From: Blastocladiella emersonii ATCC 22665
Lineage: Eukaryota; Fungi; Blastocladiomycota
Direction of reading: 5' to 3'
DNA: 64,000 nt
Assembly (NCBI GenBank): GCA_025594325.1
Contig: JANHCV010000005.1
Coordinates: forward strand, 1,674,001 to 1,738,000
Of this stretch, positions 1-11,127 are shown one piece after another. The notes below the pieces were generated by a model that worked only from the letters and a program-made list of their open reading frames with translations, did no database searches and was not told the DNA's origin. Both the position numbers and the translations under genes were made by a program. Position 1 is the first letter of the stretch, and every line of letters begins with the position of its first letter.

Positions 1-2513
1 CGTCCAGTGCACGGGCGCCATGATGCGGTTGAGAATGAGCACCACCTTGCTCTGCTTGCGCATCACGCGGACCCGGGCGACGGAGACGGGAGAAGGCAAG
101 CATATAGTCAGCGGGACGTCATTGACGTCTAGGCAGGCAGCGCCGCCGTTCTCGAATCGATTTTCGTCGGATGGGAGCGATAAGGCGCACTGCTCCTGGC
201 CCGGTGGGATCGCGAGCGTGACCTCAAAGTGGTCCAAGTGCTCTGCTGCGTCAGTCACTGGCAGCACCCAGCTCGCGCGAGCCTCGCGCGGATCTTCGCG
301 GCTCGCCATGATGCCGCTCGCGGGAGCCCAGAACACCACAGCTGGAATAAGTAGCATCGTGCAGGACTTGAGCGGGACCAGTTGCCCGCCAAGAAGCTCG
401 CGCGGCGGGCAGCTCGCTCCAGGAACCTTGACATATTCGCGGTACACGCCAACGACTGCCTTATCGAGGTAAAACTCAACGATTTCCACCGGCAAGTAAA
501 CAAAGACGCAGAAATGCCGCGGCGCAGTCGGAGAAGGTGTCACGGCAAGCGACTCGAACCGGCGCGTCTCGCCGTCCATGGTCATCTCGACGATGAGATC
601 GAACGGAGGGAGAACCATTCCGTCGCGTGAACCACGGCCAATCGGAACCGTCAGTCTGACGCACGTGTGGTCGTGGTTCAGGCCATCACCCGTTCCCACG
701 CCGTACAGCATCGCCATGTGCAGAATTTCGGGGTCGGTTTCCAGCGTTGGGTCGATGAGATCGCGCCATAGATTCGTTGGATAGAGAGGCCACGGCGAAA
801 TCGTCGGGTTTGCACCGATCCACGTCAGTCGGCCGGACGCAAGCGCGAACCCAACGATTTTGGGCAGCAGCACCCGGCACTCGAACGAGGACACTAGAAA
901 CGGCGGGAGAAGGTTGAGTGGTACGTAAGGTCAAGACCTAACGTTGCACGAGTGGGTCGCGTACCTTTCAGATCATAGCGCGACACGAACTTGCTCAAGG
1001 CAGACTGGACCAGCGGAGACGACTGGAAGGAAATCGGGACGGTCGCTGGAGTGCGCGAGAAGAACGTAAAGTACTCGATTCGCCGAGGGTCTGCGCCGTC
1101 AACGTGGTGCGGCGCAAACCGGCGCACCAGGTTTTTCCAGTGGGCATCGTTTGGGAGCTCAAGAAGTCCAACACCAAACAAAGTCGCATAAGACTCGAGA
1201 GGAAGACCGGTCGCGAAAGCCAAGTACTCGGTTCGCGAAAGCTCCATGGTGGGAGCCCGTGCCGAGTAGGTGAGAGTGTGAGAGGCTCGGTATGCGTGCG
1301 GGGAGGCTTTGAGCAGCGGAGCCGCGTGAACAAGGAGTCCGAGCAGGCCGACCGTGTCCTGAAGGCCGCCTGTATCGACAACATTGAAGCGTTTGGACGG
1401 GTCCGCGGCAAACTCCTCCATGAGCCGCAGCGCATGGCCGACCGCAAAGGTAATCGTGTTGCGCGGGCTTGCTCCGCGACCAAATGCCGTGCGCAGGGCT
1501 CCAACCCAGTCCCACACCTCGTCGACGAGCTGGTGGTTAGGAACCTCCATGGACGCCGCGGTGTCAAGCGACTCGAAGGGAAGCGTCGTGTTGGGCACGG
1601 CGTAGTACACGGTGCCGTCCGCGCGGGCGAGAAGGAAAGTGGAGTTAACCTTGAGCCATGGGTTGCACGGGCGGACTTGAAAGGTTTGAGCATCAGCGTG
1701 CCACTCAGCCACGCATGCGACGCGGCCAGCAATCGAGCCGCTGAGGCGCTTGCCGAGCCGAGCTTTCACCCGCTCCAAGTAACGCTTGGCGATGAGCGGA
1801 GCGCTTGCGTTGCGAACGGCCGGATCCCAATGCGATGCCGTGTACTGCGCCCGCTTCTCGAGGAGCGACTCGACGGACCAATCGACGCCAAGCCAAGCGC
1901 GCCAGCAGTGGCGGACCGCCCGCTGGGTTTCAATGTCAAGGACGCGAATTTGGGCCGTTTGAGAGGTGACCCAGTCTTTGGCAAGGCACGCACGCAGCTG
2001 GCCCTCCCAGAAGGCGCACACGTTGGGGTCGAGGAGCAACGAGAACCAAAGCTGCGCGATACACCGCATTAGGGCTTCCTCGACAATGTTACCCGCGACG
2101 ATCGCGTGCAGAATGAGCAAGTTACGCGCGAGCGCCTCGGGGCGAATGTCGTTGAGCAAGAAGCGGATTCCGTGGTCCGCATCCCTGCTCCGGGCTTCGC
2201 TGACGGTACGAGCGACGTCGCGGAGGTCGCCGCAACCAAGCACGAGCACGTCCGCGTCCGAATCCGTCGACTCGTCCTCCTTGTTCTTGTGGGCGGCGTA
2301 GTACAGCAGGAGATCGCGCGGGTGAGAGCGGCCGTATGGACGGAAGACCTCGGACCGCTCGTAGCACATGCGCGTGCGGCAGCTCAGCGGGAACAGGATG
2401 GGCTCAGCGCCCGGAGGGGGCGAGCCTTCGACGACGATCACGAACGGCGTACGGGCTTTGGCGCCCGAGGTGGTGCCGTTGCCGGAAGTTCCATTAGCTT
2501 TCTTTTTCTTCAT
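1..2513 (-). CDS. DUF4470-domain protein, copy 1 (runs off the left edge)
   Basis: ATG at 2513 (MKKKKANG). Contains VLVLGCGDLRDV and NDIRPEALARNLLIL, the DUF4470 signature. Predicted 71-nt GT-AG intron at 964-894 joins in frame to an exon that stays open from 893 to position 1. Confidence 0.8.
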
Positions 2514-2831
2514 GGCTGCATAGACTGAAGGACAGAGAGAGGGGAGCGGGGAAGGGTGTCGAAATTGGGTGTTGTCGTTGGAGGCTGCCAACCGTATCAG
2601 CCGAGCCACATGCCTCGCAGCGCTCCTTTTCTCTCGACCTGACCTCGTACACAGATTGTCGACCGCAAAATCTCGCACGCAACTTGTTGCAACTGGCTTC
2701 CGACTTCGCTGTAAGGCACCTTCTCAACTCGCTTCAGCCCCTTTGCGCCCTGCATCATTTTTCGACATGTCGCAGTTGGCTAGTCGTTCTGGGCCACGCT
2801 CCCAAGCCGCCGAGCGCGATCGTGACCGCCC

Positions 2832-3386
2832 GTGTGTGCATTGCACTTCCGTGCATATGTATCTCGGAGAGGTATGTTCGTCGTGCTAAGCACCTTCAGA
2901 TTCGGCGTAGAATTGCTCACATCGCGTTCCAACAGCGTCCTGACCTTTATAGCTTTGATGGGAGCCGTCACCTTCCCATCTTCACATTCACAAACCAAAT
3001 GGCAGCGCCTTCACTATCCCGAGGCGCTCGACGAGATCGATTCTGCCCTGATCGTCAAAGATGGCCGCGTGGTCGCAGAAGTGGTTGCCAAAGGCTATCA
3101 TCTCGTTCCTCGGCGATACTGGTTGTACGGCGAGCTCGGCAAGGGCAACCGCAAGACGGGTAAGAAGCCCGCACCATCGCTTCTCGCACTCACTGAGGCG
3201 AAGCGGGCCCAGCACGCACACTACGCGCGCAACGGAATGAACGTGGGCCGATTCCAGGTTCAACGCGTTCTTGCTGCGTACGAGCTGCTCCGCCGGCCCT
3301 CCTACAACGACCCGCTGGCCGAGCTTTCCATCAAGCTCAACAACATGGAAAATTCGCCTCCCACAAACGGCAACGGTGAGATGTAA
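2832..3386 (+). CDS. hypothetical protein, start uncertain
   Basis: 184-aa ORF whose C-terminal two-thirds looks protein-like (WQRLHYPEALDEIDSALIVKDGRVVAEVV). No recognisable family. Confidence 0.3.
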   Translation: MCALHFRAYVSRRGMFVVLSTFRFGVELLTSRSNSVLTFIALMGAVTFPSSHSQTKWQRLHYPEALDEIDSALIVKDGRVVAEVVAKGYHLVPRRYWLYGELGKGNRKTGKKPAPSLLALTEAKRAQHAHYARNGMNVGRFQVQRVLAAYELLRRPSYNDPLAELSIKLNNMENSPPTNGNGEM

Positions 3387-3941
3387 GCTTTCCTCTTGTA
3401 CTCTCTTGAATAAATGGATTTCACTTGTGACCCTCCCGCCCTGATATCAAACGCTCAGCAGGTATGCGTGTAAGGACTCATCGCGCCGGTCATCGTGCCA
3501 CGGTGCCCATAGTTTTGACGTGTCGTGTCGCTGTGAAAGCAGCGCGAGTCGCTCAAAGTCCACGGTATTTACTTGATTCGCCATCTCCGCGCACTCACTG
3601 TGTTCCTGCGGCCGCGGGCACCAAAAGACATCCGCCGTTCCCCCATACCGCCTATGAATACAGCCTGCTTACCGGCAGGGATTTCAAGTATCGATCCATC
3701 GGACAAGCAACGGCGGCAGAAGCGCCCTAGGCCGGTGAGACCACGAACACGGCAGCCGCGGGCGACACGCGCTTGCACTGCACCTTTGGGCGACAGTCGT
3801 CATACCACGCGCCGATCCCTGTCCGCCCGCTCTTCATCTCAACGCGAAAGAACCGGGTCTCGTGACCGAAAGCGCCCTACAGCGCCTTCAGACAGCGCCT
3901 TTGCGGCCGAGCGGAGACGCGTTTCGATATCACGTGAGCAG

Positions 3942-4142
3942 TGCGAGACGCGTTTTGCTCGCTCGCTCGCCCACTTCGCCCTCCGCCGGAACGCGTTCAA
4001 GTCTCCGAAACCAAGTCATCGCGCGTGCTCGAGACGATGCGGGTACGGGCGGCATGTGCGGGTCAAGGTTGCGGCCGAACGACCTGACGAACACGGCGCC
4101 CTCAAACGAGCCCGCCATGGACGAGCTGCACGCGCGCATGTG
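3942..4142 (+). repeat. degenerate, internally deleted direct copy of 6727-7535
   Basis: 3942-4017 aligns to 6727-6804. 4028-4142 aligns to about 7415-7535 in the RhoGEF 3' coding region (MRACSSSMAGSFEGAVFV vs MRARSSSMARSFEGAAFV). Confidence 0.8.
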
Positions 4143-4254
4143 TTTTATAAATGAATAGCATAAATCGATCAGACAAAAAACTTCAAAACATTAAGAGGAC
4201 GAATCGGGGTGACTCCACCGCCCGCACGAGCGACCTGCGCGACCGCGATCTCCT

Positions 4255-6437
4255 TCACTCCTCCGCGGGCATCGCCGAGGCGTCCTGCCCATGATGGTCG
4301 CCACCCTCGGATGGCAAAGCATCAGGATCCACGAACTTGACGACCTTGAACGCGTGCTCGGGGATCATGTCCCAGAAGGAGGCTGGAACGGACATGAAAA
4401 TGAAGCCGTTTCGGATGAGCGACCCGAAAGCAGCACGCGGATGAGCCGCAAAGAAAAGGCCAGTTGCCACGGCCGCGGTCGCGTACGGGTTGCAGCTGCA
4501 GGCCGGCTGAGCGCCAGGGCGAGCATCGCGCACACGACTACTGCACTCGGTGATCCGCTGCCACGTGGAAGCGATAAGCGAATATTTTGGCAATCTTGCG
4601 CACGTCGTAGGGGAAAGTGGAGGCGAGCGTCACCAGCGCGGCGCGCCACGGCTGCTGAACAGCAAGCGGGCACCTGTGACAAAGCGCGAGACCAGGGATC
4701 GGGGTCGCCGGCTGCAGGTGAGATTGGTTGAAAACAATGGAGAGCGGAGCGAAGGCTGAAATGAGCGTTTTCAGCACCGGTCCCGCGCACTCCGACTGCT
4801 GGATGATGTTGATTGCGGCGTCGCGGCACTCTGGACGAGCGAGGACGGCGACAAGCAGATTTGAGAGCTCGCGGTCGCGCGACGTGTACATGAAGAGGAC
4901 CATTTGACTGAGGTGCGGTGCGATCATCGTCAGCAGGTCGAGCGGGTTGACGACCATGTTGCCGCCGCGGAGTAGGCCCCAGGCAAGCTCAGCGACGCCT
5001 GCGCCGGTGAACGCATTGGCCACCTGTTCCAGGGTCGCGACGCCAGAGGACAGCGCAAACTGCATCACGGCTTGGGCTCCCATGTGCGAGGTGAAGGGGC
5101 AAAGCTCGACTCGAAAGGTTACGCACACGAGCGAGCGGTGAGATGGTTAGCCTTCTCGTGTCCAGGCGATTGCCCGCATGCGCGCAGTCACACGGTACCA
5201 TTCAACAGGGCCTCACGCCACGCGTCGTGGCCCGTGTACCGCGCCTTGAGCTCGTCAACAAACTCGAACTCGCCACGGCTTACGGCAAACGCAAGGATGC
5301 AGCCCATGAAGTGGGGGCCAAACGGCGCATAAGTCTCGATCCGCTTGATATCCGCGACACCCACGCGGCCTTCGTAGCACCAGTCCAAGAGCTGTTTGCC
5401 AAACCTTGCATTAAAGAGCACGGTATCCGAGTCAAGCGATAGGGCAGTCACGACCGGCTCAGGGAATCGCGCAAGGAGAGGAAAGAAACACTCGGGCCCA
5501 GCGGCGCTGAGGCCAAGCTTGAGGAACTCGTTGCGAAATCGGAACCGTGCACGAGAACCCAAGCTAAAAGCTCTGCAATATCTGAGGTGGGCTCGATGAC
5601 GCGTCGGTACGAGTCAAACAGGATCGAGTCGTTTGGATCCGCTCCGCCGAGCAGGCGGAAGACTACGTGCGTGTCGATTTGGCAGCGCGGGTCGGCGAGC
5701 AGCGGCCGGAAGAGTGATGGCATCCAGCGAGAGACTGACAGGGCGGTGAGCAAGTCGACGAGGCGAACGGCATCGATGTAAGGCAGGCATTGGTCGGAAA
5801 CGTTCTCGGGCCGCATGTCGTGCTCGCAGATGAACGGGACCCACTCGAAGGAAGTGAGCTGAATTTCGAGAAGGTTTGGAGTGTGAGTCAGGATATAGTC
5901 GAGCATGAAGCAGATGATATCAGGCCGCCCAACCGAGACGGAGAGGAGCAGAAAGCGCAGGAAGCCGGGCAGCGGGGCTCGGGACGCGACAGGCAAACCG
6001 AGCGGTGTATCGCTTGCAGAAGCCCCAATGCGGCGCCGGATTGCGCCCGCGTTCATGTCTGCAAAACGGAGCCGGCGGCCGAGGTGCACTGCGTACTCGA
6101 GTAGAAGCTCTGTCGGCAGCGGAGCGAGCCGAACACCGTCATAACCAGTGGGATTGACAAAAGGCGGAAGCAAAAGGCGCGTCGCGGTGTCAAACGACGA
6201 CTCGGGCGTTCTGTACGTGTTGCAGTAGGCGGGCAAGCGAGCGGCCCGTAGGATGTACAGGATCAACCAGTACCGCTTGACAGGGCGGTCGCGCATGCAA
6301 GTAGCGAGCGCAGCCGTCGAGGCGGCAAGCGCGGAGCGCGGTGCGCAAAGCTGGAGCACCAAGGACGTGAGGCCGTCGGGCAGATCTGCAAGCGTGTAGG
6401 CCGGCGGGTCGCCGGGAGGATACATGGTGCAATGCAT
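4255..6437 (-). pseudogene. F-box-like protein, subfamily A, copy A (frameshifted)
   Basis: N-terminus LADLPDGLTSLVLQLCAPR...KRYWL. Four ORF pieces (5448-6437, 5188-5562, 4538-5128, 4255-4593) are collinear with the paralogue at 19932-22230. Frame changes near 5540 and 4600; one intron at about 5190-5110 matches the paralogue's intron position. Confidence 0.7.
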
Positions 6438-7006
6438 AGCAAATTTGGGGGCCAGGTCGAGGGGAGAGAGAGCGAGAACCGCCCGCGGGAAACGAGAAAG
6501 CGCATGCTCGGCCGCGGCCGTGACCGTGGGAACCGTGATCTCCTGAGGCCCGCGTGACCGCGTTGCGCCACATCGTAACCCCACCGTTCCGCGCGCACGA
6601 CTTGAGGTATACATGAGCACACGGAACTTGAGACTCATGAGCGCAGCGAGCGACTTGCTCGGGCGGGCGCGGCGGGGGACGCCTCGGAGCGTAGTGGCGG
6701 AGGCTGGAACGTCGACGGGCGCCGGTGCGAGACACTTTTCCGTTCGCTCGCTCGCTCGCTTCGCCCGCCGTCGAAACGCGTTCAAGTCCCTGAACCCAAG
6801 TCCTTGCACGGTCGAGGCACGCAAGTCTGAGGCACGCGAACACCGAGGAATGTAGAGGATGAGCAAAACTTGGAATATAGCAACGAGCAATACACAACGA
6901 CAACAACAAAACCGACGAGCAACGAATGCAAGCACACCGAGAGTGGACACGAAAAGGACGAAGAAGAGAGAGGACTGTACAAGAGATCGCCACGCCATCG
7001 CGCAGC

Positions 7007-9804
7007 TCAGAACCCATGCGACTTGAGCAGATCGCGCGCCGCATTACTGCCGGCGTCGGACCCGTTTCCGCGGGACCGCTGGTCGCGCGACGGCGTGCGG
7101 CCGCGGCTGCCCGCGCTGCCAACGAACGCCGGGTTGCTCGGGTCGAGCGACGGCGGGTACGCGTACACGGGGCTGCGGGACGGCGTCGGGTACGCGGACC
7201 CCGACTCGTGCTGGTACTGCTGCTGCTGCTGCTGCTGCTGCTCCATCATCTGCTGCTGCTGGGCGTACATGTACAGGTTGGCGTCGACGGACCGCGACCG
7301 GTGCAGCGGGTTGGGCGACGCCGCGGCGCCCGCCGGCGCCCCGCCGCGGTGCGGCGACCCGTGCTCGCCCGTCGAGACGGGGAGCGTCGAGTAGACGTGG
7401 GCGGGGACCGAGTGCGTCGAGACGGCGGGCGACGCGGGGACGGGCGGCATGGGCGGAACGAGGCCGTGGCCGTACGATCCGACGAACGCGGCGCCCTCGA
7501 AGGACCGCGCCATGGACGAGCTGCGGGCGCGCATCAGCGACGAGGCGACCGACCCGCGGCGTGGCGGCGGCGACCCGCCGTACCCGCTGTGCGGCGAGCC
7601 CGCGAGCGTCGAGGCGTTGCCGCCGTACGACGGCCGGCGCATACCGCCGTTCGGGATCGGGATCGGGATCGGGATCGGCATGGCGCCACCCGGCACGTTG
7701 GCGGCCGAGTGGCCCGAGTAGTTGCTGCGGAGCGATGCGGCGGACGGCGAGGGCGGCGGGTTCGCGTTGCCGTTGCCGCCGTTGACGACGGGGAGCGAGC
7801 CGCGGCGTGGGCCGCCGGGGAAGAAGTTGGCGGACGACGGCGAGCCCATGGACGGCGAGTGATGCCCGGAGCCGTACGAGGTGCGTGCGCCGCCGAGCAT
7901 GAGCGGTTCGGGCGGGCCGGCAGTCCCACGGCGGAGGCCGCCGTTCTGGAGGTGCGACATGGCGTCGTTGATGAGTTTGATCCAGTGCTCGCGCTCGTCG
8001 CTGGACGCGGCGGCGAGGGCGTACTGGCGCTTGCCGGCGACGATGTGGAAGGCGTAGATGCGGGGCGCGTTGGGGTCGCGGGTCTGGTCGTCGACCTTCT
8101 TGACGTAGGACGTCCACAGGTCGAACTCGTCCTTGTACTCGAAGGCGTTGTCCTTGACGCGCTTGGCGACGACGAGCAGGTCCGAGAACAGGAACACGGT
8201 GCGGCGGTCGAGGGCCATGAGCATGGGCGTCTGCAGGTCGGCCTGGGCAATGAAGCGGCGCGCGGGCGACACGAGCGCCGTGGCCGAGGCGGGGCGGCCC
8301 TGCAGCGCCGCGGCAATGTCGAGCACCTTCTTCTGGGCCTCGAACTTGCGCAGCTCCTCGTTGATGTGGTCGGCCATCTTCTTGACCTCGGCGACGCACC
8401 GGCCGAGATCGGCAAAGTCCGGGTGGTCCTCCTGCGTGTAGTGGACGAGCTGCTCGAGCAGCATGATGTAGCGCGGGATGCGCTGGATCGGGAGGATCAT
8501 GTAGGAGGTGATGTCGAGGCCCTTGAACCGCGGCGAGTCCTGGGCGGCCTTGATGAGCTTGCTGGCGTCGGCGTAGGCCTTGGCGTTTCCCGCGGAGCGG
8601 ATCTTGGTGAGGGTGTCGAGGGCGACCGGGTAGTTGGCGAGGTACAGCTTGTAGATCTTGAGCCAGGGGACGATGGTGAGGAAGATGTCCGAGATCTTCT
8701 GGTCGTCGGACCACAGCGCGTGGCGCTCCTGCAGGCCGTCGAGCAGCGTCAGGTGGAATGTGTAGATCTCCTCGACGTTGCCGAACAGCTTGTTGATGTC
8801 GTCGACGGGCAGCACGGGCTTCTTCGGGTTGGCCTTGGCGCTCTCGCGCAGCGGGTACACGACCACGTCCAGCAGCGTGCGCAGCATCTCGCAGTACGTC
8901 TCCTCGGTCGACACAATCTCCTTGACGGCCTTGGCGCGGTTGCGGGCCAACCGCATGGCTAGATTGCGAGGGTGGTGTGGTGGGGAAGAGTGAGTGACGG
9001 GGTTCGTGACGCGCCACATCGTGCGATGGTTGGCCACGCGGCCAAAGCGGCGAGGCGGGGGCGGCGGCGGCTTGACGCTCACTCACTCACGCGACGCGAC
9101 GCCGCCGCCGCGACGCCGTTCGAGGGGCGCGTGGGGCGGCGGCGGCGGCGGCGCCGTCGTGCACGAAAATAGGTGGTGGGAAGAGGGGTCACCCGAGTCG
9201 ACGAACGAAAGAGCGCGTTGCCCGTACCGTTTTCTTTTGCTGGATCGACACCGGCGGCGCTCGAGTCGGCGTAGAAGCCGTAGATATCGTCGAGCTCGTC
9301 GGCGCGCTGCTGCGCGGACCAGCCCTCGGCGGCGGCGGCGGTGGGCGACGCCTCGACCCCGTAGTCCTTGTACGAGAGGTGCAGGTCGCCGAGCATCTGC
9401 GAGAGAAAGTCGTCGGACGAGACGAAGGTGGTGGTCGGGCGCGACGCGGTCGAGGCGGCGGGCGACCCGGGCATGGGCGGCGGCGACGCGAAGTGCGCCG
9501 AGTAGTGGCCCGAGAGCCCGCGCGCAGAGTCGGTCTCGGACAGGTGGCTCGGCGCGCGCAGCGATCGTGGCGACTCGCCGGGCGACCGCTGGCCGAGCGC
9601 CTCGTCGTCGCCGCCGGCGGTGAGCGTCGACAGGTGCTTGTCGTCGGACGTGGACGAGGAGGACCGCGCGGCGGCCGCGGCGGCGGCGGCGGCGGCCTCC
9701 TCCTCGCGCTGCTTGCGCTTGCGCGCGGCGTGCGCGGCGAGGTCGACGCCGTAGGTCGCGTGGTACGCGCTCATACTGCCCATGCTGTTGGCCATGGGCA
9801 TCAT
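7007..9804 (-). CDS. Rho guanine nucleotide exchange factor (DH-PH)
   Basis: DH motifs RAKAVKEIVSTEETY and YMILPIQRIPRYIMLLEQL, followed by a PH domain (RTVFLFSDLLVVAK...SDEREHWIKLINDA). Predicted intron 9227-8959 (GTACGG...CTAG) joins ORF 9079-9804 in frame (KENAMRLAR). An upstream exon is possible. Confidence 0.9.
7218..7260 (-). repeat. CAG microsatellite encoding polyQ in the RhoGEF tail
   Basis: (CTG)n tracts on the + strand; QQQQMMEQQQQQQQQ. Confidence 0.85.
7652..7680 (+). repeat. (GGGATC)n hexamer repeat encoding IPIPIPIP
   Basis: About 5 tandem copies. Confidence 0.8.
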
Positions 9805-11127
9805 CTTGGCGGGCAGGTGGTGGTGGTGGTGGTTCGGACGTGATCAGGGAGGGGTCGAGCGCCAGCGCTGGAGATTGTCGCGAGACGGCGCGATGGATGG
9901 TTTTTCGTAGCGGGAGCGGAGCGTGGAGGTGAGGGAGGGAGGGGGAGCGCGGACAGCAGTCCGTTTTGTCCGTTTTGTGTGTCTGTGGCACCGCCGGCCG
10001 CTCACAAGTCCCCAAGCGAGGCGCCGTGGGCAGCAGCAGCAGATCACAGCGTGATGATGCGCGGCCCACGCGGCGGGGGCCGCCCGGCCCGCGTGGCGCT
10101 GCCTTCCCGCATCCGCATCCGCATCCTCCTGCGGCGGCGGCGTCTGCGGCGCGGCCCGGCGGCCGGGTGGCTAGCTCCATATCGTATTGCGCCGGTTTCG
10201 CAACGCAGAGCGCAGATTGGTCCGCCACCGCCCGCGAAACGCCCTCCTGCGGCTTGCTGCCTCGAACCGCGTGACCCGCGCCCTGCGTCGCCTGACCGCG
10301 CGGCCCACATGACCCAGGGCGCGCGGCCGATCGCGTCACCGCCCGCGCGCTTGTCTCGCGCTGCTGTCTCACGCGTCCGCGATCGGTCGTTGGCCGCTTT
10401 CGTTGGTGATGCAACTCGTCGGCACGCCGTCCGTGACTTTCATGAGGGGCCCTGCCGTCCGGACCGGCGATTGCGTGCGTGCGTGTGTGTGCGACCGCGT
10501 CGCGCCACGGCCAACTCCGCCACGCGACTTCCACCTCCAACATCGATGGCAGCGGTGGCGCAAGCTCGACGCAAGGTTGATTCCGCCGCCGCCACCCATG
10601 CACGGCGCCGCCTCGCGCTGTTTTCATGTTTTCACCGCCGCCGCGCCACCGCCACCCGCGACTTGTATTCAGCGCGTGCCCTTCGATGGTCGGATCATCC
10701 CGCCGCCACGGCGGACAAGGGACGCGCCGCGCCGCGCCGACCATCGCGCGCGCGACGACTACGCTCGGATCTGGGCCCATGGGGTCCGACCTTGTGCGCG
10801 ATTCGCGGCGAGGCTTGAGTGAGGTGTGGGCCAACGAAGGAGCCGTTCTTGGCGCTCTCGGGTTTTCAGGTCGCTCAGGGACCACGCAGGTCGGTGATAC
10901 GGCGCATCCCTGAGTGATGATAAGGCGCCGCTTGAGGTTGCTGCGGGTGAGCGGACGTGTCTCGAAGTCGGATTCGAGGACGCATCGTTCATCCCGGATC
11001 ACCGCGCGCCATCACGGCGACCGTGCTGAACGCGTCCTCCGTGTTCCTGCTCGCGACTCAGGAATAGAGACAGAGACAGACAGATGATAAGCCATGGAAT
11101 CTATGGTCCTGATACACAACACGCAAC

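Noticed and set aside
6926-8962. Long antisense or alternate-frame ORFs (e.g. 6926-8962, 7044-9086, 9083-11002, 11960-13528, 27854-30205, 58834-60810, 61788-63998)
   Set aside because: Shadow ORFs of GC-rich coding genes: Arg/Ala/Gly-rich with no motifs.
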